51,019 nucleotides of DNA from a bacterium. GTDB lineage: Bacteria; Desulfobacterota; S145-22. The translations under genes were made by a program, and so were the position numbers. The notes under the pieces are model-generated. The model had not been told where the DNA came from. It worked only from the letters and a program-made list of their open reading frames with translations, and did no database searches. Positions 39,588 to 47,852 of this stretch are shown piece by piece. The stretch is taken from positions 1-51,019 of the forward strand of contig JALSPC010000047.1 in the NCBI GenBank assembly GCA_026986155.1, read 5' to 3'. Positions within the stretch are counted from its first letter, which is position 1; each line of letters opens with the position of its first letter.

Positions 39588-40760
39588 CTACGTCTCTTTC
39601 CAGAAGGTCTCCGGGTCGCGGCGCCCGCCGTATCCCAAAAGCCCGTCGATGCGAAGGAAGGCCGGGTTCAAGGCAGGCAGGCGCATGATCGCCGCCTTCG
39701 CCAGGTTGTGAATCCACCCCGCGGGCTTGTTGAAGGGGCAGACCCGGATGCAGTTCGAACAGTCCGTGCCGTTTCGGGCCCAGAAATCGAGGCAGTTTTC
39801 CGCATTGATGTGCCAGGCGTGGACGTTCCGGCGGTTGGAGATGTTGTGGGTCTCCGTGCTGGGCTCGCCGTGCATGATGGACTGGCTGGGGCACTGCTTC
39901 GCGCACAGCCCGCACTGTTGGCAGAACTCCCATACCCCGAAGGCGATGGGCCGGTCGGGCACGAGGGGCAGGTCGGTCAGCACCTTCGCCAACCGGACAC
40001 GCGGCCCGTATTCCGGGGTGATCAGCAGTCCGTTGCGCCCCAGTTCCCCCAGGCCCGCGTCGATGGCCAGCGGAATGCTGCACGCCGTGTCGTTCCCACA
40101 GGGTATCGCCTTGAAGCCCAGGCCCCGGATGAACTGCGCCAGCAGGCCCGCTACGAAGGCCATCCGGGAATATTGCAGGCCCACCGTGGCGGACGCGGGA
40201 TGGGCGGGGGAACACGCCACCGCCCCGTAGTCCATCGCGAACCCCAGCACCACGGCGTAAGCGTATTCTTCCGGTATTTCATTCTCCGCCACCTTTCCTC
40301 CTTCCGGCGTGAGGAGGTAGGCCTTGGAATAGAGCCATCGCCGGTCCAGCCGGCCAACACCCACCAGGGACGCCCCGAAAAACCGCGCGACCCGCTTCAT
40401 GTCCCGGGTGACGGCCGCCGGATCATCGGCGTCTATCTTCAGCCCCCTGGGAACGCGGGGGAAGTCGAACCGCCCGTTCCACGTCCAGTCGTAAAGGCCC
40501 GTCCGCCCGCCGCAGACCCCGCAGCCGAAATGCGATTCCAGGTGCCAGGCGGCGTTGACCACGGCCTGGTCCTTGAGGCGGTAGCCCGGCTTGTCCTTCG
40601 GGGAAACCTTGTCCTTGTAGAAGCGCTGGAAAAGGTCGCGGACCTCCGGGTCCCAGAAGGGGCGCTTGAACATCTCGTTCTTCTGGTCGAAGGGCGGGGC
40701 GTCGCCCCGGACGTAGCGGGCCGCCCCTTCATCCACCTTCCGCGGCTTGAAAAGTCTCAA
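39588..40760 (-). CDS. Reductive dehalogenase (RdhA)-like cobalamin/2x[4Fe-4S] protein without TAT signal
   Basis: K..ARFFGASLVGV, YSRM, FIRGLG.KA, SIPLAIDAGLGELGRNGLLITPEYGPRVRL, TDLPL.PD.PI.FG, FCQQCGLC..CP, CLDFW..NG.DC..C..VCPFNK; probable TTG start 40760 after GGAG. Confidence 0.85.
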   Translation of the reverse strand: MRLFKPRKVDEGAARYVRGDAPPFDQKNEMFKRPFWDPEVRDLFQRFYKDKVSPKDKPGYRLKDQAVVNAAWHLESHFGCGVCGGRTGLYDWTWNGRFDFPRVPRGLKIDADDPAAVTRDMKRVARFFGASLVGVGRLDRRWLYSKAYLLTPEGGKVAENEIPEEYAYAVVLGFAMDYGAVACSPAHPASATVGLQYSRMAFVAGLLAQFIRGLGFKAIPCGNDTACSIPLAIDAGLGELGRNGLLITPEYGPRVRLAKVLTDLPLVPDRPIAFGVWEFCQQCGLCAKQCPSQSIMHGEPSTETHNISNRRNVHAWHINAENCLDFWARNGTDCSNCIRVCPFNKPAGWIHNLAKAAIMRLPALNPAFLRIDGLLGYGGRRDPETFWKET

Positions 40761-40777
40761 CGGCAACTCCAGGCCTT

Positions 40778-41230
40778 CTACGGTTTTTGAACGGGCCAGT
40801 CCCCCGGCTTCAGGAGAACCCTCGCGAAGGTGCAGCGGGTTTCCCGCCACTCCCGGAACGTCGGCACCATGTCCCGGCACGCTTCCTGCCAGGCCACGCC
40901 GTAGCTCAACACCTTGAAAAACGCCTCGAAGTCGTAGGCGGGATTCAGGCCCCTGTCCCGCAGCGCGCGGTAGGCCGTCAGGGCCTCCGGGAACTTGTAG
41001 AGGACGAACCAGTTGAGGCGGTGCGCCTCCGGGATATCCTCGTTTTCCTCGTACCACAGGTGAATGGCCTGCTCCCGGGCGATTGTCTCCGCCTCCTCCC
41101 GGAGCATGGCGTAATCCCCGGGGTAGAAGGGGGGAGAGAGGGCCAATTTCTTGCTCTCGTTGGTCACGCACTCGGCGAAGGCGGTCATCATCCCCAGGAT
41201 GAACGCCCTCCTCTCCGCATCATTCATCAT
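40778..41230 (-). CDS. Hypothetical protein
   Basis: Start overlaps the livF stop, GAGGA upstream, ends 17 nt before the RdhA-like start; no motif recognised. Confidence 0.7.
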   Translation of the reverse strand: MMNDAERRAFILGMMTAFAECVTNESKKLALSPPFYPGDYAMLREEAETIAREQAIHLWYEENEDIPEAHRLNWFVLYKFPEALTAYRALRDRGLNPAYDFEAFFKVLSYGVAWQEACRDMVPTFREWRETRCTFARVLLKPGDWPVQKP

Positions 41231-41976
41231 ATTTCATCCTCCTCGTCTTCGTCGTCCCGGCCGCCCAGGTAGGCCTCTTTCATCATCTCGTTTTCCAGCA
41301 GGGCCCGCGCCGTGTCGTGCAGGACGATCTCCCCCGTCTGCAGGACGTAGCCCCGGTCCGCGATGGACAGGGCCATGCTCGCGTTCTGCTCCACCATGAA
41401 GATGGTGGTTCCCCGGCGATGGACCTCCTGGATGATCTCGAACTGCTGGTCCACGAGCATGGGCGACAGCCCCATGGACGGCTCGTCCATCAGGAGGATC
41501 TCGGGACGGGAGAGGAGGGCGCGTCCCATGGCGAGCATCTGCTGCTCGCCACCGCTCAGGGTGGCCCCCATCTGGTTCGCCCGTTTTCGCAAGATGGGAA
41601 ACAGGTCGAAGATGTTGTCGATCTCCCTTTTCACCTGCTCCCGGTCGCTCCGCAGGTAGGCCCCCAGCTCCAGGTTCTCCAGGACCGTCATCCTGGGGAA
41701 GATGCGGCGGTTTTCCGGGACGATGGCCACGCCCATGGCGATAATTTCCTTCGTGGGCCTGCCATTGATGCGCTTCCCCTTCAGGAAGACGCTGCCGTTT
41801 TTCACCTTGCAGGCTCCGAGGATGGTCTTCAGCGTGGTCGATTTCCCCGAGGCGTTACCGCCCAGGAGGCAGACCAGCTCCCCCGGGTAGACCTCGAAGT
41901 TGATGTCGTAGAGGACCTGGATGCTCCCGTAGTAGGCATCGATGTGCTCAAATTTTAATACCGGCTCTCTTTCCAT
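41227..41976 (-). CDS. livF: Branched-chain amino acid-type ABC transporter ATPase (LivF-like)
   Basis: GGNASGKST, VPENRRIF, LSGGEQQMLAMGRAL, DEPSMGL, EQN. Confidence 0.92.
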   Translation of the reverse strand: MEREPVLKFEHIDAYYGSIQVLYDINFEVYPGELVCLLGGNASGKSTTLKTILGACKVKNGSVFLKGKRINGRPTKEIIAMGVAIVPENRRIFPRMTVLENLELGAYLRSDREQVKREIDNIFDLFPILRKRANQMGATLSGGEQQMLAMGRALLSRPEILLMDEPSMGLSPMLVDQQFEIIQEVHRRGTTIFMVEQNASMALSIADRGYVLQTGEIVLHDTARALLENEMMKEAYLGGRDDEDEEDEI

Positions 41977-43834
41977 GTCCCTTTCGTCCCAGGTAGGCCT
42001 CGATGACCTTTTCGTTGTTGGCGACCTCGCGGTAGCGCCCCTCCGCGATCTTCACCCCGTAGTCGAGGGCGATGACCCGATCGGAGATGCGCCGGACCAG
42101 GTTCAGCTTGTGCTCGATAAGCAGGATGGTGTAGCCGTAGGCGTCCCGCAGGTGCTTGATAAACGCCGTGATCTCCTTCGTTTCCTGGGGATTCATCCCG
42201 GCGGACGGTTCGTCCAGGAGGAGGAGCCTTGGTTCCGTCATAAGGACCCGCGCGATCTCGAGGCGCCGCCGGTTGGCGTAGGAGAGATACATGGCCTGCT
42301 GGTGGTACCGATAGCCCGTGAGGCGCCCGCCGAAGAGCCCGAGGATTTCGTCCGCCTTCTTTTGGGTTTCCATCTCTTCCCGCCTGTGCCTGGGCAGGTG
42401 CAGCAGCACGGAAACAGGCCCCGCGTGCGTCCGGCAGAACCGCCCCACCCTGGCGTTGTCGAGCACGCTCATCTTGTTGAAGAGCCGGAGGTTTTGGAAG
42501 GTGCGGGCGACCCCCAGCGCGACAATGGCGTGGGGCCTCAGCCCCGTGATGTCCCGGCCCTCGAAGAGGATGCGTCCTTCCGTGGGCCTGTAGATACCGG
42601 AGACGAGGTTGAACAGGGTGGTCTTTCCCGCCCCGTTCGGGCCGATGATGCTCAGGATCTCCCGCTCGTGGAGCGTGAAACTCAGGCCGCTCAACGCCCG
42701 GATACCCCCGAAGTCCTGTGTGAGGCCCTCAACCTCGAGCAGGACCCGGCTGGTGCGGGCATACCGCACCTTGGGCGCCTTTCGCGCGGGCGCCTCCCCG
42801 CCCTCCGCGTAGTAGAGGTCCGTGGAGGCTTTCAGCACGCCGCTTTCATCCTTGTCCGGGCGTTTCTTTTTCCTCGTGAGAAAGCCTATCTCCCCGAGGA
42901 TCCCCTGGGGACGCAGCGCCATGAGGACGATCAGGACGAGGCCGTAGAACATCATCCGGTAGGCACCGTATTCCCGCAGGAACTCCGGGAGGACCGAGAG
43001 GAGGATGGCCCCCACGATGACGCCCGGAATGTTCCCCAGTCCTCCCAGGATGACCATGCAATAGACGATGACGAGCTGAGGAAAGTCGAAATTATTGGGA
43101 AAGACGGAGTCCTGGAGGGAGGCGAACAGCACCCCAGCCATCCCCGCCACGAAGGCCCCGATGGCAAAGGCCATCAGCTTCATCCGCGTGGTGTTCACGC
43201 CCACCGCCTCGGAGGCCAGTTCGTCCTCCCGTAGGGATTCCCAGCCCCGCCCGAGGCGGGACATCTTTAGTCGGTAGGCCCCGATGGTCACCAGGCAGGC
43301 GAAGAACCAGATGAGATAGGCGTAACCGACGGGCGATTCTATCTTTAGCCCGAAGATGTTGATGGGATCGAATCCGAAAATCCCGTTCACCCCTCCCGTG
43401 ATGTTGACGGGGGTATCCAGGTTGAGGAGGAGGAGCTTGAAGATCTGGGCGAAGGCGAGGGTCACGATGGCCAGGTAGTCCCCCTTCAGCCTCAGGCTCG
43501 TGGAGCCGAGGGCGATGCCCACTCCCATCGTCAGGAAGGCGGCCACGGGGAGAACCACGAGGAAAGGGAGATGGATGCCGAACTGGTCGGACGACAGGAG
43601 GGCGAAGGTGTAGCCGCCGATCCCGAAGAAGGCCACGTAGGAGAGGTCGAACAGCCCCGCGAACCCCGCCACCACGTTCAGCCCCAGGGCCAGCATCACC
43701 CAGATTCCCGTCACCAGGTAGATGCGGAGCCAGTAATCGTTGGGCATGACGTGCGGCAGGAAGATGAGGGCCGCCGCGACTGCCGCGGTGAAGGCTGCCT
43801 TTCGTTTCCCGTTCCCGACAGTCAGGGTCATCAA
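41948..43834 (-). CDS. LivM permease - LivG ATPase fusion
   Basis: LRLKGDYLAIVTLAF, REDELAS, ILGGLG, then GPNGAGKTT, ARTFQN, LLDEPSAG, IEHK, EAYLG. Confidence 0.9.
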   Translation of the reverse strand: MMTLTVGNGKRKAAFTAAVAAALIFLPHVMPNDYWLRIYLVTGIWVMLALGLNVVAGFAGLFDLSYVAFFGIGGYTFALLSSDQFGIHLPFLVVLPVAAFLTMGVGIALGSTSLRLKGDYLAIVTLAFAQIFKLLLLNLDTPVNITGGVNGIFGFDPINIFGLKIESPVGYAYLIWFFACLVTIGAYRLKMSRLGRGWESLREDELASEAVGVNTTRMKLMAFAIGAFVAGMAGVLFASLQDSVFPNNFDFPQLVIVYCMVILGGLGNIPGVIVGAILLSVLPEFLREYGAYRMMFYGLVLIVLMALRPQGILGEIGFLTRKKKRPDKDESGVLKASTDLYYAEGGEAPARKAPKVRYARTSRVLLEVEGLTQDFGGIRALSGLSFTLHEREILSIIGPNGAGKTTLFNLVSGIYRPTEGRILFEGRDITGLRPHAIVALGVARTFQNLRLFNKMSVLDNARVGRFCRTHAGPVSVLLHLPRHRREEMETQKKADEILGLFGGRLTGYRYHQQAMYLSYANRRRLEIARVLMTEPRLLLLDEPSAGMNPQETKEITAFIKHLRDAYGYTILLIEHKLNLVRRISDRVIALDYGVKIAEGRYREVANNEKVIEAYLGRKGHGKRAGIKI

Positions 43835-44763
43835 ACCTTCTCCTGAATCTTCTCACCCAGAAGCCCCGAGGGCTTGACGATGAGGATAATCACGAGGATG
43901 ACGAAGGCGACCACGTCCTTGTAGGCGGCGGGCAGGAAGGTGACGGCGAGGGACTCGGCCAGGCCGAGGATGATCCCGCCGAGCATGGCGCCGGGGATGC
44001 TCCCGATGCCCCCCAGGACGGCGGCGGTGAACCCCTTGAGCCCCGCCTGGAAACCCACGTAGTAATCGACCTGGGTGAACAAGAGTCCCACGAGGGTTCC
44101 CGCGGCCCCTCCCAGCGCCGAGCCGATGATGAAGACCAGGACGATGATCCGGTCCACGTCGATGCCGAGGAACGTGGCCATCTCCAGGTCCTGGGCGGTG
44201 GCCCGCATCGCCTTGCCCGCCTTCGTCCGCTTGATCATGATGCTCAGCAGGGCCATGAGCAGAAAGGTCACCGCGATGACGATGAGGCGGGTCAGGGTGA
44301 TGACAACCGGTCCCAGGTGGATCAGGCGGACGCTCTCCGGGATCAGGGAATGGACGTAAAAGACCCGGGCCTTCGCCCCCTGGTAGTTCAGGACCAGGTT
44401 CTGAAGGAAGATGGAAACCCCGAGGGCGCTCAAGAGGAGGTTGATGCGGGGGGCGTTCCGGAGGGGACGGTAGGCGAACCGTTCCGTCAAGACCCCGACG
44501 AAGGCGGAGACCCCCATGGCGATGACGATCATGAGGGCGATGACCACGGCGGCGTTCATCACCACCTGGTGGTTCCGGCTGAGAAGGTGCAGCACCCACC
44601 AGCCGGTAAAACCACCGATCATGTAGATCTCGCCGTGGGCGAAGTTCAGCATCCCGAGGATACCATAGACCATGGTGTATCCGATGGCGATCAAGGCGTA
44701 GACGCCGCCCAGCGTCAGGCCGTTGACCAGTTGCTGCGGTAATTCCTTCAGTAAGAGATCCAT
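43831..44763 (-). CDS. livH: LivH-like ABC permease
   Basis: QQLVNGLTLGGVYALIAIGYTMVYGIL..NFAHGE, GLKGFTAAVLGGIG. Confidence 0.92.
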   Translation of the reverse strand: MDLLLKELPQQLVNGLTLGGVYALIAIGYTMVYGILGMLNFAHGEIYMIGGFTGWWVLHLLSRNHQVVMNAAVVIALMIVIAMGVSAFVGVLTERFAYRPLRNAPRINLLLSALGVSIFLQNLVLNYQGAKARVFYVHSLIPESVRLIHLGPVVITLTRLIVIAVTFLLMALLSIMIKRTKAGKAMRATAQDLEMATFLGIDVDRIIVLVFIIGSALGGAAGTLVGLLFTQVDYYVGFQAGLKGFTAAVLGGIGSIPGAMLGGIILGLAESLAVTFLPAAYKDVVAFVILVIILIVKPSGLLGEKIQEKV

Positions 44764-44825
44764 GAACCCCGCTTTCGCCCGGGATGTCCCACGGGACGGT
44801 CCGGGCCTGCACGCGGATAGAGATA

Positions 44826-44864
44826 AAAAGGGCCCCGGCCGCCGCGAGGGGACCGGGACCCTTT
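44826..44864 (-). terminator. Hairpin between substrate-binding gene and permease (attenuating or stabilising stem)
   Basis: Minus strand aaagggtcccggtc..ggccggggccctttt. Confidence 0.5.
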
Positions 44865-44874
44865 GGCCGCTATC

Positions 44875-46065
44875 CTACTTTCCCGTCATGACGGCGACCT
44901 GCTTGAAGTCGTTTCCCACCACCTTGAAGAAGTAGGTGGCGCCGCCTTCCAGGTCTCCCTTTGCGTTGAACGTGATGGGAAAACCGAGGATTCCCTTATA
45001 GTTCTTCGTCTTGTGCAGTTCCTCCACCACTTCCTTCCGGGTAATCTTTCCGTCCGCCGCAGCGCGGTCGATGGCCGCGAGGAGGATGTTCATCGCCTCG
45101 TAGGCGGGGGGGCCGAACCCGCTGATGGTCCCGTATTTCTTTTCATACGTCTTGACGTAGCCTGCAGCCGCGGGAATGGCGTAGATGTCCGGGGCGAAGT
45201 GATAGACATACGCCCCCTCCGCCGCGCCCTCGGACGCCTGTATGAAATCCTTCTTGTCCCGGGCCCCTTCCGTTCCCAGGAAGATGGCCTTGATGCCAAG
45301 CTCCTTCATCTGCCGCACGCCGATGGCCTGGTCGGGGGCCGTCGTGGCGATGAAGAAGAGGACGTCGGGCTTGAAGGCCTTCACCTTGGTCAAAACGGGA
45401 GAGAAGTCCTTGGAGCCGCCTACGATGGTTTCCTGCATAATGTCCTTGATACCCAGTTTCTTCAGCCCCTTGATGGTCTCCTTCGCCATATTCTCGCAGT
45501 AGGCAACCTTTTCGTTGAGGACCGCCACCCGCTTCGCCTTCAGGTAGTTCTTGATGAAGAGGGCGCAGTTCCAGCCGTGGGAATCGTTCCGGGCGTTGAC
45601 CCGAAAGAAGTGCTTGTAACCCTGTTCCGTCAGGTTGGGCTTCGAGGCGGCCGTCGTGATGCAGGCCAGGTTCGCCCTGCCGTAGATCTTCAGGGTCGCC
45701 TGGGCGATGTGGCTCATGGGCGGCCCGATGACCCCGTACATGAGCTTGTCCGACACGAACTTGTGGGCCACGTTCACCCCCTGGGCGGGGTCCATGGCGT
45801 CGTCACCCATGATATGTTTCAGCTTGACCCCGTGAATCCCCCCTTTGGCGTTCCACTCGTCCAGGGCGATCTGGGCGGAGTGGAAGATCTCCATGCACGG
45901 AGAGGCGGCGTCCCCCGTGAAGGATCCCGCGTCCCCGATATGGATCTCGGTCACCTTCATGCCGGTGGAGGGGTCGATCAGCCCCGCGGCGTGCGCCCGG
46001 GCCAAAAACCCCGCGAAACAAAGAATCAACGCGATGATAAAAAACAGACGATACCCTTTCCTCAT
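44875..46065 (-). CDS. LivJ/K-like periplasmic substrate-binding protein
   Basis: Signal peptide ending AHA, NAKGGIHG, DD..DP, FFRV, KDFSPVLTKVK..PD, YEA. Confidence 0.88.
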   Translation of the reverse strand: MRKGYRLFFIIALILCFAGFLARAHAAGLIDPSTGMKVTEIHIGDAGSFTGDAASPCMEIFHSAQIALDEWNAKGGIHGVKLKHIMGDDAMDPAQGVNVAHKFVSDKLMYGVIGPPMSHIAQATLKIYGRANLACITTAASKPNLTEQGYKHFFRVNARNDSHGWNCALFIKNYLKAKRVAVLNEKVAYCENMAKETIKGLKKLGIKDIMQETIVGGSKDFSPVLTKVKAFKPDVLFFIATTAPDQAIGVRQMKELGIKAIFLGTEGARDKKDFIQASEGAAEGAYVYHFAPDIYAIPAAAGYVKTYEKKYGTISGFGPPAYEAMNILLAAIDRAAADGKITRKEVVEELHKTKNYKGILGFPITFNAKGDLEGGATYFFKVVGNDFKQVAVMTGK

Positions 46066-46148
46066 TTTATACCTCCCTTGAAACCCGGTTAAAAATTTTT
46101 ATCGAGTCTCCCTCACCTCCTTCTGCCGTTTTTTCCCGATACTTCCTT

Positions 46149-46850
46149 TCAAATACCCGAAGCCGAGAAGAAGGCCTCGTCCCGGGTGCGCTCGATCATC
46201 TTGAGGATATCCTCCTTCGCCAGTTCCAGGTGGCCCTTGATGGCCTTCTCCAGCCGGGGGAAATCCTTCGCCACGAATGCCCTGAATATCTCGTAGTGGC
46301 CGTCCCGGGTCTTGGCCGCGAATTCCAGGATGTGAATCAGGGAAATCCTGTATTTCAGGGAGTGGTCGCTCAGCGACTGGCAGATGTGCACCATGGTCTT
46401 GCTCCGCGTCGCCCGGTAGATAATGCCGTGAAAGTCCACGTCCAGCTCCGTCAGACCCTCCGCGTGGCCGCTGTCCACCTTTTCGTCCGTCATCTTGAGG
46501 TTTAATTCCATTCGTTCCAGTTCCACCGGCGTCATCTTCTCGAAGGCGAGCCGTGCCGCAAGCAGCTCGATTTCCAGGCGAATGGTGAACAGGTCCTGGA
46601 TGTCGTAGTCCGACATCTCCTCCACGATGTAGCCCGCCCTGGGGATGGAATAGAGGAAACCCTCCACGGCAAGCCGGTGAAGGGCCTCCCGGACCGGTGT
46701 GCGGCTGACCTTCATCTCCCCCGCGAGCGCCGATTCCACCAGGCGGGTGCCCCCGGCAATCTTTCCGGTAATGATCTTGTTTCGAAGGGTCTGGTAGACC
46801 TGCTCGACCAGGGTATCCTCGTTCCGCCGCGTCGCCTTTAGCACCTTCAT
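46149..46850 (-). CDS. GntR/FCD transcriptional regulator
   Basis: VYQTLR..I..G...GTRL.E..LA....VSRTPVREAL, DFH; start likely ATG 46850 (ORF open to 46892). Confidence 0.9.
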   Translation of the reverse strand: MKVLKATRRNEDTLVEQVYQTLRNKIITGKIAGGTRLVESALAGEMKVSRTPVREALHRLAVEGFLYSIPRAGYIVEEMSDYDIQDLFTIRLEIELLAARLAFEKMTPVELERMELNLKMTDEKVDSGHAEGLTELDVDFHGIIYRATRSKTMVHICQSLSDHSLKYRISLIHILEFAAKTRDGHYEIFRAFVAKDFPRLEKAIKGHLELAKEDILKMIERTRDEAFFSASGI

Positions 46851-46889
46851 GTCTTTCGGCTCCCTGTAACAGTGTTTGCATTCCACTAC

Positions 46890-46904
46890 CATACCAGTTG
46901 TATG
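46890..46904. promoter_or_regulatory. Candidate GntR operator
   Basis: CATAC-cagtt-GTATG inverted repeat next to a minus-strand TTGACA (46911-46906); CATACCA recurs at 46989-46995 overlapping a plus-strand TTGACA (46985-46990). Confidence 0.5.
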
Positions 46905-47049
46905 TTGTCAATATTGGCCCACTGGAATTTTCCTACTACAACAGTTAAAATCACGGAACAGGTAGGAACAGATATGAAATACTATTGACATACCAATTAT
47001 TTTTTGTTACGAAGGTGCAAATTCAAACGCGTTTTCAAGCGGGGTTAAC

Positions 47050-47331
47050 ATGGTCACACTCAAGGTCACGGTCGAACACATCGACGGCTATTGCAATCAG
47101 CCCCTCCTGGTGGGCGACAGTTTCCTCGTGAAGGGCGGGGAAATCCACGTTCCGTCCGGAAAACATGTCTGCATGTGGGCCCTCCAGAGCATGATGCCCA
47201 TCTTCCCCCTCCTCCAGCGGGCGGAGCCGAAGGCGGGCGACTGGACGGGCAAGGCGGGCCAGATCTTCGTCTGCCCCGATCCGAAAGGAAAGGTCCATTT
47301 CCGTATCGAACGCGCGGGGGACGCGCCATGA
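47050..47331 (+). CDS. TIGR04076-like small Cys protein
   Basis: G.C....VGD.F, C.WA, CPDP..V.F.IER. Confidence 0.75.
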   Translation: MVTLKVTVEHIDGYCNQPLLVGDSFLVKGGEIHVPSGKHVCMWALQSMMPIFPLLQRAEPKAGDWTGKAGQIFVCPDPKGKVHFRIERAGDAP

Positions 47332-47849
47332 TCGTCGTGGACGCCGCCAAGTGCTCCGGATGCAGCCGCTGCGAGGTGGCGTGTTCCTTCTTCCATTCGG
47401 GAAAGGTGGGGCGCGCCGGTTCCCGCGTCAAGGTCGTCAAGATGGAAGAGTTCGGGATCGACTTTCCCGTCGTCTGCCAGCACTGCGTGGAGCGTTACTG
47501 CGTCAAGTGCCCGGAGCACGCCATCGAGATCGGCCCCCTGGGGCAGGTCATCGTCTCTCCCACCCTCTGCACCACCTGCGGCGCCTGCGAGGCCCTCTGC
47601 CCCATCGGCGCCATCGAGCTCTTCGAGGAGATCCCCTACGTCTGCGACCTGTGCGGGGGGAACCCCCGATGCGTGAAGGCCTGCACCCTCGACGCCATCC
47701 GGTACGAACCGGAAACCACGGGGAACGTTTCCCTCGAGACATTCCGTAAAAAATCGAAAAACCTGACCCCGGAGGAAAAACGCGTCCGGTTCGCCCTGAC
47801 GCGATTCGAGCCTATCCGGGAAACCTGGCTATCCAAGAGGAGGGCGTAA
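47328..47849 (+). CDS. 4Fe-4S dicluster protein (AOR electron-transfer subunit)
   Basis: CSGCSRCEVAC, CQHC...C..CP, CTTCGACEALCP, CDLC..PRCVKAC; ATG overlaps upstream TGA. Confidence 0.88.
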   Translation: MIVVDAAKCSGCSRCEVACSFFHSGKVGRAGSRVKVVKMEEFGIDFPVVCQHCVERYCVKCPEHAIEIGPLGQVIVSPTLCTTCGACEALCPIGAIELFEEIPYVCDLCGGNPRCVKACTLDAIRYEPETTGNVSLETFRKKSKNLTPEEKRVRFALTRFEPIRETWLSKRRA

Positions 47850-47852
47850 CCC

